In this document: positions 9,913 through 19,236 of the stretch, in pieces
How the letters are laid out: each line of letters starts with the position of its first letter
Position numbering within the stretch: the stretch's first letter is position 1
NCBI GenBank assembly: GCA_045863855.1
Contig: BTVV01000017.1
Coordinates: 15,278-79,277 of the forward strand
Origin: Planctomycetota bacterium
GTDB taxonomy: Bacteria; Planctomycetota; SZUA-567; H5-PLA8
Direction of reading: 5' to 3'
Length of the DNA: 64,000 nucleotides
Position numbers and translations under genes: made by a program
Notes under the pieces: model-generated
Seen by the model: only the letters and a program-made list of their open reading frames with translations
Databases searched by the model: none
What the model was told of the DNA's origin: nothing

Positions 9913-10692
9913 TTAAGGCTGCCGATAGTGAATGACCACGCGTACCTGCGCCGAAATCGCGCGGCCGTTTTCTCGCGCCGGCTCGAAGCGTGCGGCGCGT
10001 GCGGCCGAGATCGCCGAGCGGACGAAATCGGCGTGTACCTCGGTGCTCACCGCCGAAACGTCACGGACCCGGCCTTCGGCATCGAGTTCCAGCAGCAGGA
10101 CCACCGAAGCCACGGCGCCGCTGCGCCGCTGGCGTTCCGGGTAGACCGGCTCGATCGGACGCAGCAGACGCGCGGAGGTGGTGGGACCGCCGGGCTTGAC
10201 CGCCGCCGCCGGGGGCGCCAAAGGCGCTGGGGGCGAAGCGTCGGGCTGCGCTTGGGTTGTGGATCTCCCCACCGGGCGTTTCGGTAAGTGTTCCAGACGG
10301 GCTGCGATCTGAATTTCCGATAATGCGGCAGTGGGTGCGTCTTCGGTCGGAAGCGGTTGATCCGAAAGTGCTTCGGTCTCGAATACCACTTCGGGTGCGG
10401 GTTCCAGATCGGCGAGCGGCGGGGCTTCGGATTCGCTTGGGGGTAGCGCAGGGCGCTCCAGGGTCGGCAATGTAGTACGATCCACTCGTTCGATGCGGAC
10501 GACTTCCAACGGCCGCTCGAAACGAGCGGCTTGTCCAAGGATCACCGGCGTCGTGGACAGCAGGATTGCCAAAAAGCTCAAATGGATCAAGACAGAGAAC
10601 AGCCACGGACGAGGCTTTCGCACTATGGGGCGAGCGGGCTTTGCAGGCACCGCCACAGCTTGGGTGGAGGAAGCCTGCGCGGAAATGGGCAT
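9913..10692 (-). CDS. TonB family protein (TM anchor, Pro-rich spacer, TonB C-terminal domain)
   Basis: SVLIH TM motif; PVYPERQRRSG...ELDAEGRV...FEPARENG; start could be 10716. Confidence 0.85.
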   Translation of the reverse strand: MPISAQASSTQAVAVPAKPARPIVRKPRPWLFSVLIHLSFLAILLSTTPVILGQAARFERPLEVVRIERVDRTTLPTLERPALPPSESEAPPLADLEPAPEVVFETEALSDQPLPTEDAPTAALSEIQIAARLEHLPKRPVGRSTTQAQPDASPPAPLAPPAAAVKPGGPTTSARLLRPIEPVYPERQRRSGAVASVVLLLELDAEGRVRDVSAVSTEVHADFVRSAISAARAARFEPARENGRAISAQVRVVIHYRQP

Positions 10693-10907
10693 CGCCGAGT
10701 CGGTCAATGGAGCCAACCTTGATCACCGTTGAATCAGAACAAGCCACCTCATGCTAAGCAAGCGCCCGTCCCAATCGCCGAAAATACTAACTTCTTGACT
10801 GCACTAGGTTAACGAATGTCCTGGTGCAATCGTTCAATAATTTATGTACACTTCTTACACAGGTGTTGCGCTAAGTTTGCAGATGGGGTACCGAATCCGA
10901 TTCCGGG

Positions 10908-11558
10908 CTACCCCATCCAGACTCCGACTACTTTTCGAAGTTCCTGTAGATCTTTGATCTTGTGCGAGACAAACAGGTCTCTCCGGTAGCTCTTGGGGCC
11001 GCGATAGATCGCGCCTAGGAAGACTTCGCCTTTACGATCTTCGTTGGGGTACCAGGCTCGCAACAGCGTTTCGCGCTGGGTGCGGACCAGCACGATATCG
11101 CCAGGCATCAGGTCTTCCGGCCGCGCGTTGCGATACAGCACATACTGTCCGTCGGCCACCAGGGGCCACATCTCGTTGCCTTGAACCTTTAGCGCGCCGC
11201 TGCAATCCAGGACCAGGGCTTGCGGCTTGATGTAGCGATACGCCCGCTCGTCCATTTCGTAGTTGCCGTGCGCGGTGGCTTCGACGTTCACCACCGGGTG
11301 GTCGCCCAAGGCCGAGAGCGCTTTCTGGAGGTATTGCGCGGACCAGCGTTTGCGGCCGTTAACCAAGTTGTACGCCGTGGCGCGCGAGCAGCCTAAGAAC
11401 GCGCCGAGGGCCGCCACGCCGCCCAGCCTGTCGGAAAGCGCCTGAAAGACGGCGCGTGGATCCTGGACAAGCTGCGTGAGGCTCCCGCTGCCCGGCGTCT
11501 CCGCCACGCCGTCCAGCACGTGCTTTCTCTTTTGGGGATGGATTCGCTTGCGGCCCAT
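10908..11558 (-). CDS. XRE/Cro-type HTH fused to S24 peptidase-like domain (cI/LexA-like regulator, catalytically degenerate)
   Basis: HTH: VAALGAFLGCSRATAYNLVNGRK; S24-like: LKVQGNEMWP..ADGQYVL..PGDIVLV...TLLR...KVVGVW. Confidence 0.75.
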   Translation of the reverse strand: MGRKRIHPQKRKHVLDGVAETPGSGSLTQLVQDPRAVFQALSDRLGGVAALGAFLGCSRATAYNLVNGRKRWSAQYLQKALSALGDHPVVNVEATAHGNYEMDERAYRYIKPQALVLDCSGALKVQGNEMWPLVADGQYVLYRNARPEDLMPGDIVLVRTQRETLLRAWYPNEDRKGEVFLGAIYRGPKSYRRDLFVSHKIKDLQELRKVVGVWMG

Positions 11559-11650
11559 GGCGTTCCCGCCTCTCATTGCGCGTGGGGTGCACGCAAAGAA
11601 TACAGCCCAAGCGGTCTACGTTAAGGTCTATTCGGGCGTGCAGGCGGCCG

Positions 11651-14113
11651 CTACATCATCCGGCCGCGTTTGCGCAGGAGCCATTCGGCCGTAATCAAAG
11701 CGGTGAAGAGGGCCAGCACCGGCCAGCGATCCCAGAGGTTGGTTGGAATCTCGCGCTGAATCAGGTCGGTCTTTTCGCGGATCAGCGGCGGCAGCGTATC
11801 GAGTTTATCGATGGCGATAAACTGTCCGCCTTCTCCGCCGGCATCGGCCAGCGCACGCAGGAGTTCCTCGTTGGTGCGCGGGTTTTCCAATTCGAGTTGC
11901 GGGACATCCACCTTGAAGGTCACTTCGCTCTGCCGGACTTCCGGCTGGTTGGGGTCGACCAGCCAAACCGTGTAGTCGCCTTCTTCTGTGGGGAAGAAGT
12001 GGCCTTCGTAGCTGCCGCCCGATTCCTTGCGGTGCGTCAGTTCCTCGGTCTTGCGTTCGCCCTTGGCCGTCTCGATATGCAGGGTGGTGGTGGGCACCGT
12101 CAGGGGCTCGAACTTCTCGTCTTTCAGCAGGGCGTTAACGACGACTTTGTCGCCGATGGCGTAGGAAACTTTGTCCACGTCCATCAGGAAGCGCTTCTGC
12201 CCGCCCAGGCGTTTGGCCATGCTCAGGAAGCGAATGGCCTGGTTGTAGAAGCGGTAGTGGTAGCGGTCGCCGATTCCGCGCCGCCAGCGCCAAAGCGAAT
12301 CGACGCCGATGAACATGCTGCGCCCGGCGCCGTACGGCATCACCGATACCAGCGGCATCTTTTTGCCTTGTTCGTCCTTGTCGTACGGATGCACGACCAC
12401 CGGCGTAGCCAACTCCTTCACGCGCTTGACCGGGTAGTACCAGAACAGGCGCGGCAAATTTTCCCAGATCTCGCGGTTGGCGCCCTCGTCGGCGTCCAAG
12501 TGCGTCCAAGGCATGCGCCGGCCCTCGTTGGTCAGTTCGAGGGGAAAGGTTTCCTGCAGGCCTTCGTCGCCGATGGCGTAAGCGGCGCGCTGCGGCACCA
12601 CCGGGAGCATCTCGCCCAACGGCCCGCCCGTGTATGCGGCCGGCGCGAATCGTTCGCCGGCGATCATGATGAAGCCGCCGCCTTCGCGCACGAAATCGCG
12701 GATCAGCGTGGTCTGGTCGTTGGTGAATATAATCGGGTTCACGTCGCCCAGGATCAACACGTCGTACTCGTTCATTTCCTTCTTGGTGCCGGGGAAACGC
12801 TCCAGCGGCTCTTTGGACGCCGTGCCGTCCCAAATCCAGGCCCCGTCGGTGGTCGCGAACAGGATATCGGCTTCGGTCGTGTGATCCCGAATCAGGTAGG
12901 TCTTAAGGTATCGGTACTCCCAGCGCGGTTCCTGGCCTTCGACGAAGAGCACTTTTACTTTCTTATCGACCACCTGGAAGGTATGCGTGGCGACGTTGTT
13001 CTCGGGGCGCAGTTCGCCGTCCTGTTCGGGCAATTTGATCGTGTAGACATACTTTCCAGCCGTCTTCTCGCGGAACTTCAGCGGTATGGGAACCTTTTCG
13101 CCGCTCTTGCCGAGTTTCACTTCTTCGGGTTGCCCGACCACTTCTCCGTTCTCGCGGCGCATCTCGATGCGCAGGGTGCCGAGCGAATCGTACCCGCGCT
13201 GGCGCACGTAGGCGACGATTTCGGACGGGTCGTCCGGCAGAATCACGTCCGGACCTTCGACGCTCAGTTCGATGTCCTTCGGTTCGCCCGGATCGCCCAC
13301 CGCCACCGTGAAAACGGGGATGCGCTGAATCTTGTACTGGCTCGCGACGACCTGCACGGCGTCTTCGCCGGCCGTCTGGCGCCCGTCGCCGATCACGATC
13401 ACGCCGGCCAGCGGCAGACCGCGGTGCTCTTTCATCGCCTGGCGCAGCGCATCGCCGATGCGCGTCTCGCTGCCGCGTGCCTCGGGTTCGGTCTCCAGTT
13501 TCGGGGCGCGTCCTTCTGCGCCAGGCAGCGGCTCGAACGATTTGGAGTACGTATACAGCTTGACGTCGTGCTTCTTCTCCAGTTCGCCCAACAGATCGTT
13601 CTTGCGCAACGCTTGGCAGGCGACCTGCATGCGCGTGATCTTCCCGAAATCGGCCAGTTCCAGATCCTTCACCTTCAACTTGCGCTGCTGCTTGGACTGC
13701 TCGTCGACCAGCACGATTTCCTGATCCGGACCCAGCGCTTTCTTGATCTGGTCGCGCAAGGCATCCTCGGCGTAGGGAAACTTGAGGCTCATCGAGAAGC
13801 TGTCGTCGAGCAGCACGAGGACCGTCGAGCGCTTCTTCTCGGTATGCGTCGAGACCAGGATAGGCTCGGTCAAAATCAGGAGCGCGATAATCAGCAGCAT
13901 GGCGCGAATGACGCCCAGCGTGAATCGCAGCGGCCAGCCGGCGGTATCCTTGCCGTCGCGGCGGTAGATCCAGACCGTGAAAGCGATCACGGCCACGGCC
14001 AGCAGGAAAACCTGCCAGCCTTCGGGCATCTGGTTCAGCCGGAAACCGATCTCGGCATCCGGCCCCAGGCCTTCGGTATCCACGCCCAATAACCAAGCGA
14101 TGAACGACTGCAC
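11651..14113 (-). CDS. Membrane-anchored vWA and glutamine-amidotransferase-like domain protein (MoxR locus)
   Basis: Two N-terminal TMs, MIDAS LDDSFSM, IGDG, PRWEYRYL, YDVLILGDV..FVREGGGFIMIAG, GAGRSMFIGVDSLWRWR, C-terminal EWLLRKR. Confidence 0.85.
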   Translation of the reverse strand: MQSFIAWLLGVDTEGLGPDAEIGFRLNQMPEGWQVFLLAVAVIAFTVWIYRRDGKDTAGWPLRFTLGVIRAMLLIIALLILTEPILVSTHTEKKRSTVLVLLDDSFSMSLKFPYAEDALRDQIKKALGPDQEIVLVDEQSKQQRKLKVKDLELADFGKITRMQVACQALRKNDLLGELEKKHDVKLYTYSKSFEPLPGAEGRAPKLETEPEARGSETRIGDALRQAMKEHRGLPLAGVIVIGDGRQTAGEDAVQVVASQYKIQRIPVFTVAVGDPGEPKDIELSVEGPDVILPDDPSEIVAYVRQRGYDSLGTLRIEMRRENGEVVGQPEEVKLGKSGEKVPIPLKFREKTAGKYVYTIKLPEQDGELRPENNVATHTFQVVDKKVKVLFVEGQEPRWEYRYLKTYLIRDHTTEADILFATTDGAWIWDGTASKEPLERFPGTKKEMNEYDVLILGDVNPIIFTNDQTTLIRDFVREGGGFIMIAGERFAPAAYTGGPLGEMLPVVPQRAAYAIGDEGLQETFPLELTNEGRRMPWTHLDADEGANREIWENLPRLFWYYPVKRVKELATPVVVHPYDKDEQGKKMPLVSVMPYGAGRSMFIGVDSLWRWRRGIGDRYHYRFYNQAIRFLSMAKRLGGQKRFLMDVDKVSYAIGDKVVVNALLKDEKFEPLTVPTTTLHIETAKGERKTEELTHRKESGGSYEGHFFPTEEGDYTVWLVDPNQPEVRQSEVTFKVDVPQLELENPRTNEELLRALADAGGEGGQFIAIDKLDTLPPLIREKTDLIQREIPTNLWDRWPVLALFTALITAEWLLRKRGRMM

Positions 14114-14124
14114 GGGACTCCTCG

Positions 14125-16410
14125 CTACCGATTAGGATTTCCGAAACGCATGGCCAGGATCGACTCGGCCACCAGCAACGCCAGGACCGCCAGAATCAGC
14201 CAGCGCCAGATTTCTTTGCCGCTCTTGTGCTTCTTCAAGGCTTCCTGGACCGTTCCGAAGTCCGCACCCAGGAATTCGACTTGCTCGCGCGTCAGTTCGG
14301 ACTCGAACAGGCGCGCCTGCTCGGGCTGCTCGCCCTTGGCCGCCGGTATGCGGCTGACGATCTCGGCGTCTTCGATGGTGTCGAGATCGGATTCTTCCTC
14401 GACCGATCGATTGGCCGCGAAGTGAACGTTCTTCAAGCCTTGATCGGTGGGCACTTCGGCGGAGTAAATGCCCGCGCGGCGCGTCGGGCGGCCCAGCGCG
14501 CGCTGCGATTCCGTCTCGATGTCCATGCTCAACGGCTCGCCGTCGGGATCGGACAGCTTGAGTCCCTCGCGGCGGACCAGCCCAAACTGCTCGCGCCTCA
14601 GTTTGTAGGCAAACGGCTCTCCGACCATCCGATTGCGCGCCTGGTACTCGGGCTGGATCAGGTGCAGCGCCAGCATGTTCACCAGCAAGAGGTAGTGGCT
14701 CTTGGTCGGCCAGTTGGTCCAAGCTTTATCGGCCGTCGTGCCGAAGAGAACAATGCGCCCCTCGCCCAACGACATCTCAACGGCAGCCGGATCGCCGCTG
14801 GGGTAGCTGAGCACCGTGCGCACGCGGTTCTGATCGGCCTCGGCCTCCTTCGGCAAAAGTTTGAAGCGCCGGTACACGTGCAGGCTCGAGAGCGCCAAAT
14901 CTTTGTTGTTGTACAGCCGCGCCAGGGAAGGGTGGTCGATCGCTTTGTCGTCCAGCGCCTCGAATTCGCGCGAATCCGGATCGCCGGTGCCGATCAGGTC
15001 GCCCAGCCGGCAAGGCAGCACGCTCGCGAATTCCTGATTGTACAGCGCCGCATCGACCCGGTAACCCAGCCACCACCACAGCGATCCGCCGCGCCGCACG
15101 TACTGTTCGAGCACCGCCACCTTCTCTTTGGGAATCAGCGCCACATTGCCGAGCACCACCAGCCGGTAGTCGTCCAGATTTACGTCCGGAAACGCACCAT
15201 CGCTGATAACTTCGGGGCTCAGCGGTACTTTGCCGGCGTTGAATTCCTGCGCGCGCGAGGGCGATATCGCTTGGCGGAAGAAATCCATCTCGCTCATGTT
15301 CGCTTCGCTGCGTTGTTCGCCGTCGACGCAAAGTACTTTGATCTGGTCCTCCACGTCGAGCGCGAGGAACGCCGTATCGTCAGGCGCCAGGACGTCCGCG
15401 TTAAGTTCCACGCGCACGTGATGCGAGCCCGGTTCCATGAACGTGTGCCGGAACGAAACGGTGCCTGGTTTGGTGGACTCCACCAGCTCGACTTCTTCGC
15501 GTCCGGCCTGCTCGCCGTCCACGTAGAATTGCACCGGCACGCGCCGCGCGGGGTCGGTGCCCAGATTGCGGATCGTAGCGACGAATTGCGTTTCGACGCC
15601 CTGCGTGACTACCTTCTCTTCGATCTCCAGTCCGGAAACCGCCAAGTTCTCGCTTACGCTGCCTCCCTCCAGCCGCACCACCCAGATCTTGGGCGTCAGC
15701 TTCGGGTTGGCGAGGACGTCGGCGATGTCCTTCTCTTCGGATGCGTCCAGCTTGCGCGGTTGCGCGCCGATTTCCCAGGCGCTGCGCGTGCGGTCGGTGA
15801 GCACGATGATTTCCTTGCGCACGTTCTTGCTGTCGCGATCTTTGATCAGGCCGCAGCCCGCGGCGATCCCGCGCGGGATATGCGTCGTGCCGTCGGAAAG
15901 CTTCGCGGCCTTGATGTCACGGATGAGTTCCTGATACTTCGTCGCGCTGGCCAGACGCGGATCTTCGGCGGCCGAATTGATCAACAGCAGATCCACTTCG
16001 TCGCCGGGGCTGAGGTCTTCCACCAGCTTCTCCGCCAGGTCTTTCGCCTTTTGGAACAGCGTCGTCCCGCCGACTTGCAGGCCCATGGAATACGAATTGT
16101 CGAGCACGATCACGCGGTGCACCGAGGCGCGTCCGCCCAGTAAGCCCATGCCTTCTTGAAGCGCCGGACGAGCCAGCGCGAGTGCCAGCAGGATCATGAT
16201 CAGCACACGGAGCAGCAGTAAAATGAGCTGTTCGATGCGCAGGCGGCGGTGCGACTTCTTCATGCTCGCCCACAGCCAGTGCATCGCCGCCCACCACGTG
16301 CGCTTGAAGCGCTGCTTGTTCAGCAGGTGGATGACAATGGGTATCGCGCCTGTGGCCGTACCGGCCAGCAAGGCGGGATTAGAAAAGAAGGCACTTAACC
16401 AGGCGAACAT
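14125..16410 (-). CDS. BatA N-terminal plus vWA domain protein
   Basis: IPIVIHLLNKQR..WAAMHWL...LLLLLRVL..LALARP (BatA); MIDAS LDNSYSM; C-terminal TM. Confidence 0.9.
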   Translation of the reverse strand: MFAWLSAFFSNPALLAGTATGAIPIVIHLLNKQRFKRTWWAAMHWLWASMKKSHRRLRIEQLILLLLRVLIMILLALALARPALQEGMGLLGGRASVHRVIVLDNSYSMGLQVGGTTLFQKAKDLAEKLVEDLSPGDEVDLLLINSAAEDPRLASATKYQELIRDIKAAKLSDGTTHIPRGIAAGCGLIKDRDSKNVRKEIIVLTDRTRSAWEIGAQPRKLDASEEKDIADVLANPKLTPKIWVVRLEGGSVSENLAVSGLEIEEKVVTQGVETQFVATIRNLGTDPARRVPVQFYVDGEQAGREEVELVESTKPGTVSFRHTFMEPGSHHVRVELNADVLAPDDTAFLALDVEDQIKVLCVDGEQRSEANMSEMDFFRQAISPSRAQEFNAGKVPLSPEVISDGAFPDVNLDDYRLVVLGNVALIPKEKVAVLEQYVRRGGSLWWWLGYRVDAALYNQEFASVLPCRLGDLIGTGDPDSREFEALDDKAIDHPSLARLYNNKDLALSSLHVYRRFKLLPKEAEADQNRVRTVLSYPSGDPAAVEMSLGEGRIVLFGTTADKAWTNWPTKSHYLLLVNMLALHLIQPEYQARNRMVGEPFAYKLRREQFGLVRREGLKLSDPDGEPLSMDIETESQRALGRPTRRAGIYSAEVPTDQGLKNVHFAANRSVEEESDLDTIEDAEIVSRIPAAKGEQPEQARLFESELTREQVEFLGADFGTVQEALKKHKSGKEIWRWLILAVLALLVAESILAMRFGNPNR

Positions 16411-16442
16411 GATGCGGTTCGATTTCCCTTATGCGCCAGTCG

Positions 16443-17366
16443 TCACTTGAACTTGCTGCCCAGGCGGTTCGACAAGTACGCGCTCAGGACCACGTCGAGC
16501 GGGTTCTTGGTGTTCACGGGCACGTAATCGATCTTGTTGTTGCGGCAGCCGCGTTTCAGCTTCTCGGTAAACGACTCGTACTCCTCCAGGTAGCCCTTGC
16601 GCAGCGCGCGCGGGTCGCAGAGCAGTTCCTGCCAGCCTTCGTAGCCTTCGAAAAGCGTCATGTTCTCGAACGGAAAGCGAATCTCGAAGTCGTCGAGGAT
16701 CTGGCAGAGAATGACTTCGTGGCGCTTGTGCCGGAAGTGCTGCATTCCGAAGAGGATCTTTTCGGGATCGTCGAAGAGATCGCTGAGAATGATGACGAGG
16801 CCCTTGCGTTTGATGCGTTCGGCCAGATCGTGAAAAATTGTGCCCACGTCCGTGCGTTGCTCGGGCACGATCTGGGTCAGTTCGTGCAGCAGAAGGCGCA
16901 GGTGCGCGGGGCTGCTGCTGGCCGGGATGAATTTCTTGATCGCATTGTCGAAAAGCACCATGCCGACGCTGTCCTGCTGGCGGATGAGCAGATAAGCGAG
17001 CGAGGCCGCAATGTAGCTGGCATACTCCAGCTTGCTGATGTTCCCCGGAGAGGCGTATTTCATGGACTCGCTGGTATCGAGCAGGATGTAGCTGCGGAGG
17101 TTCGTCTCTTCTTCATACTGCTTGATGTACAGGCGGTCGGTCTTGCCGAGCACCTTCCAGTCGAGGTGCTTCAGGTCGTCGCCGGGCGTGTACTCGCGAT
17201 GCTCCGCGAATTCCACCGAGAAACCGTGGTACGGCGATTTGTGCAGGCCCGAGATGTAGCCTTCGACGATCAGCCGCGCCTTGATGTCCAGGTTGCCGAT
17301 TTTGGTCAGCGTCTTGGGATCGAGGTACTTGCTGATGTCCGATTTTTGGGGCGTTTCCTGGGCCAT
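16443..17366 (-). CDS. DUF58 family protein
   Basis: GLHKSPYHGFSVEFAEHREYTPGDDLKHLDWK, LDTSESM, ILSDLFD. Confidence 0.95.
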   Translation of the reverse strand: MAQETPQKSDISKYLDPKTLTKIGNLDIKARLIVEGYISGLHKSPYHGFSVEFAEHREYTPGDDLKHLDWKVLGKTDRLYIKQYEEETNLRSYILLDTSESMKYASPGNISKLEYASYIAASLAYLLIRQQDSVGMVLFDNAIKKFIPASSSPAHLRLLLHELTQIVPEQRTDVGTIFHDLAERIKRKGLVIILSDLFDDPEKILFGMQHFRHKRHEVILCQILDDFEIRFPFENMTLFEGYEGWQELLCDPRALRKGYLEEYESFTEKLKRGCRNNKIDYVPVNTKNPLDVVLSAYLSNRLGSKFK

Positions 17367-17368
17367 GT

Positions 17369-18052
17369 TCAGTACAAGCGCTCCTTCTTGTAGTCTTGCT
17401 TGATCTTTCGATGGCGCTCGCGCAGGTCAGCGGGCAAGGAAGCCTCGACTTTGAGTGTTAATAGTTTCCACTGTATGAGATTCTGTACATGGGTAATGCC
17501 TTTGGCCCAAAGACTTGTTAACTTCATTTTCAGCAGGGCCGGCAAGCTCAAGTAACACACACCGCCAGCATCTAATTCGCGATCTTCATCATTAAGTTCG
17601 GGCGTCGGATGTAGGTACTTCGGCCTGACCTTCTCGCCTGCCCATGTAATACGAAAGCCTTCCGCGAAATGAGTGCCGTGGCGAAGAGGCATGAAGGCGT
17701 GCAGTCGCATCGCCTTTCGATAGCGATAACCCCAAGGCGAGATGGCCTTTGGGGCCGCTTTCAACTCGACTTTTCGCGGCCATATGACAAGGTCTTGCGT
17801 GGCTCGCTCGGCAAGCCGGCACGCAGGTGCCCAATGCGCGCTTAAAGCCAAGCCGCCGACCACGGCATGCGGCACGCCTGCGTTGCCCAACGCTTGGCCT
17901 ACCGCGAGTGCCTTTTCCTTCGGTTCCTGCATGCCATCCACTCCAACTTGCAGCAACTCGGCAGGCATAACCTCGACGACATTCGCCGTGGCGCCGTATA
18001 CCGCATCGGGTTCCCGAACGAACGTGCCCGGCCTAGTCTTGAGCTTTACCAT
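17369..18052 (-). pseudogene. Nucleotidyltransferase-like ORF, frame intact but apparently degenerating
   Basis: HAVVGGLAL...RATQDLV, AGEKVRP, LSLPALLKMKLTS resemble stand-alone Pol-beta-type NTases; the DxD and later acidic motifs are altered; AT-richer codons than neighbours. Confidence 0.5.
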
Positions 18053-18060
18053 GGATTGCC

Positions 18061-19128
18061 TTACGCCTTCGCGCCCGTCACGTCGGCAAGCCGCTCGTCG
18101 GAAAGGCTCTCGCTGTCCTGGCGCGGAACGTGCTTCAGCAGTTCCTGCACAATCTTGTCGGAGGTGATGCCTTCCGCTTCCGCGTTAAAATTGGTGATGA
18201 TGCGATGGCGCAGCACGGGCAGCGCCACGGCCGCGATATCCTCGGTGCTCACGTAGTAGCGCCCGTTCAGCACCGCGCGGGCCTTGCCGCCCAAAATCAA
18301 ATACTGCGTTGCGCGCGGGCCGGCGCCCCAGGAGACGTTCTGATTGATGAAGTCCGGGGTATCGCCCTTGTTCACGCGCGTAAGGCGCACCAGCTTCATC
18401 GCATAGCGAATCACGTGGTCGGCCACCGGCACGCGCCGCACGATGTCCTGCAACTGCAGGATCACTTCGCGATTCAGCGTCTTACCCACCTGCAGCGACT
18501 GCGGCGCCGTTGTCAGCCGCACGATCTGAAACTCTTCTTCCTCGCTAGGGTAATCGACGAACACCTTGAACATGAAGCGGTCGAGCTGCGCTTCGGGAAG
18601 CGGGTAGGTGCCTTCCTGCTCGATCGGATTCTGCGTCGCGAGTACGAAGAACGGAGGCTCCAGGCTGCGGCGCGTTCCGCCGGTCGTGACTTTGTGTTCC
18701 TGCATCGCTTCCAGCAGCGCCGCCTGCGTCTTGGGCGGCGTGCGGTTGATTTCGTCCGCCAGAATCACGTTCGCGAAAATGGGGCCGGGGAGGAACTTGA
18801 ACGTACGCTCGCCCGAGGACTTGTCTTCCTGAATCACTTCCGTGCCCGTGATGTCCGAAGGCATCAGGTCGGGCGTGAACTGAATGCGGTTGAACTTCAG
18901 CGAGAGCGCATCGGCCAGGGTGCTGATCATCAGCGTCTTGGCCAGCCCCGGCACGCCTTCCAGCATGCAGTGGCCTCGGGCAAAGATCGCGATCAGCAAC
19001 TCGTCGATCACGTTTTCTTGACCGACGATGACCTTGCTTAGTTCGACCTTGATCGAACGGTAGGCCTCGTTGAGCTGCTTGACGGCCTGAAGATCGCTTT
19101 CGGACATCTGGTTCTGCGCGTCGGCCAT
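18061..19128 (-). CDS. moxR: MoxR family AAA+ ATPase
   Basis: [64 protein letters not shown]. Confidence 0.97.
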   Translation of the reverse strand: MADAQNQMSESDLQAVKQLNEAYRSIKVELSKVIVGQENVIDELLIAIFARGHCMLEGVPGLAKTLMISTLADALSLKFNRIQFTPDLMPSDITGTEVIQEDKSSGERTFKFLPGPIFANVILADEINRTPPKTQAALLEAMQEHKVTTGGTRRSLEPPFFVLATQNPIEQEGTYPLPEAQLDRFMFKVFVDYPSEEEEFQIVRLTTAPQSLQVGKTLNREVILQLQDIVRRVPVADHVIRYAMKLVRLTRVNKGDTPDFINQNVSWGAGPRATQYLILGGKARAVLNGRYYVSTEDIAAVALPVLRHRIITNFNAEAEGITSDKIVQELLKHVPRQDSESLSDERLADVTGAKA

Positions 19129-19236
19129 GAACGGACTCCTTGGTTGGTAGATCGGTTTCCTGTCAGGTGTACGGCGCTCCGTGGGCGCGCGGGATCTCGA
19201 AGGTCGAGTCCGCTTCCTCGCACTTTACTGCACAAG

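Noticed and set aside
10755..10775. Sigma54-like GG-N10-GC element upstream of the TonB-like gene
   Set aside because: TTGC is present but the -24 box (TGGCAC) matches poorly
10908..11558. Prophage suggested by the cI-like gene
   Set aside because: No integrase, cro, replication or structural genes nearby
11576..14092. Very long antisense ORFs (e.g. 11576-14092 +, 14227-16143 +, 19144-21039 +, 25772-27337 -, 49990-51591 -, 59973-62246 -)
   Set aside because: They lie opposite well-supported genes, carry no recognisable motifs, and are expected shadows of high-GC codon bias
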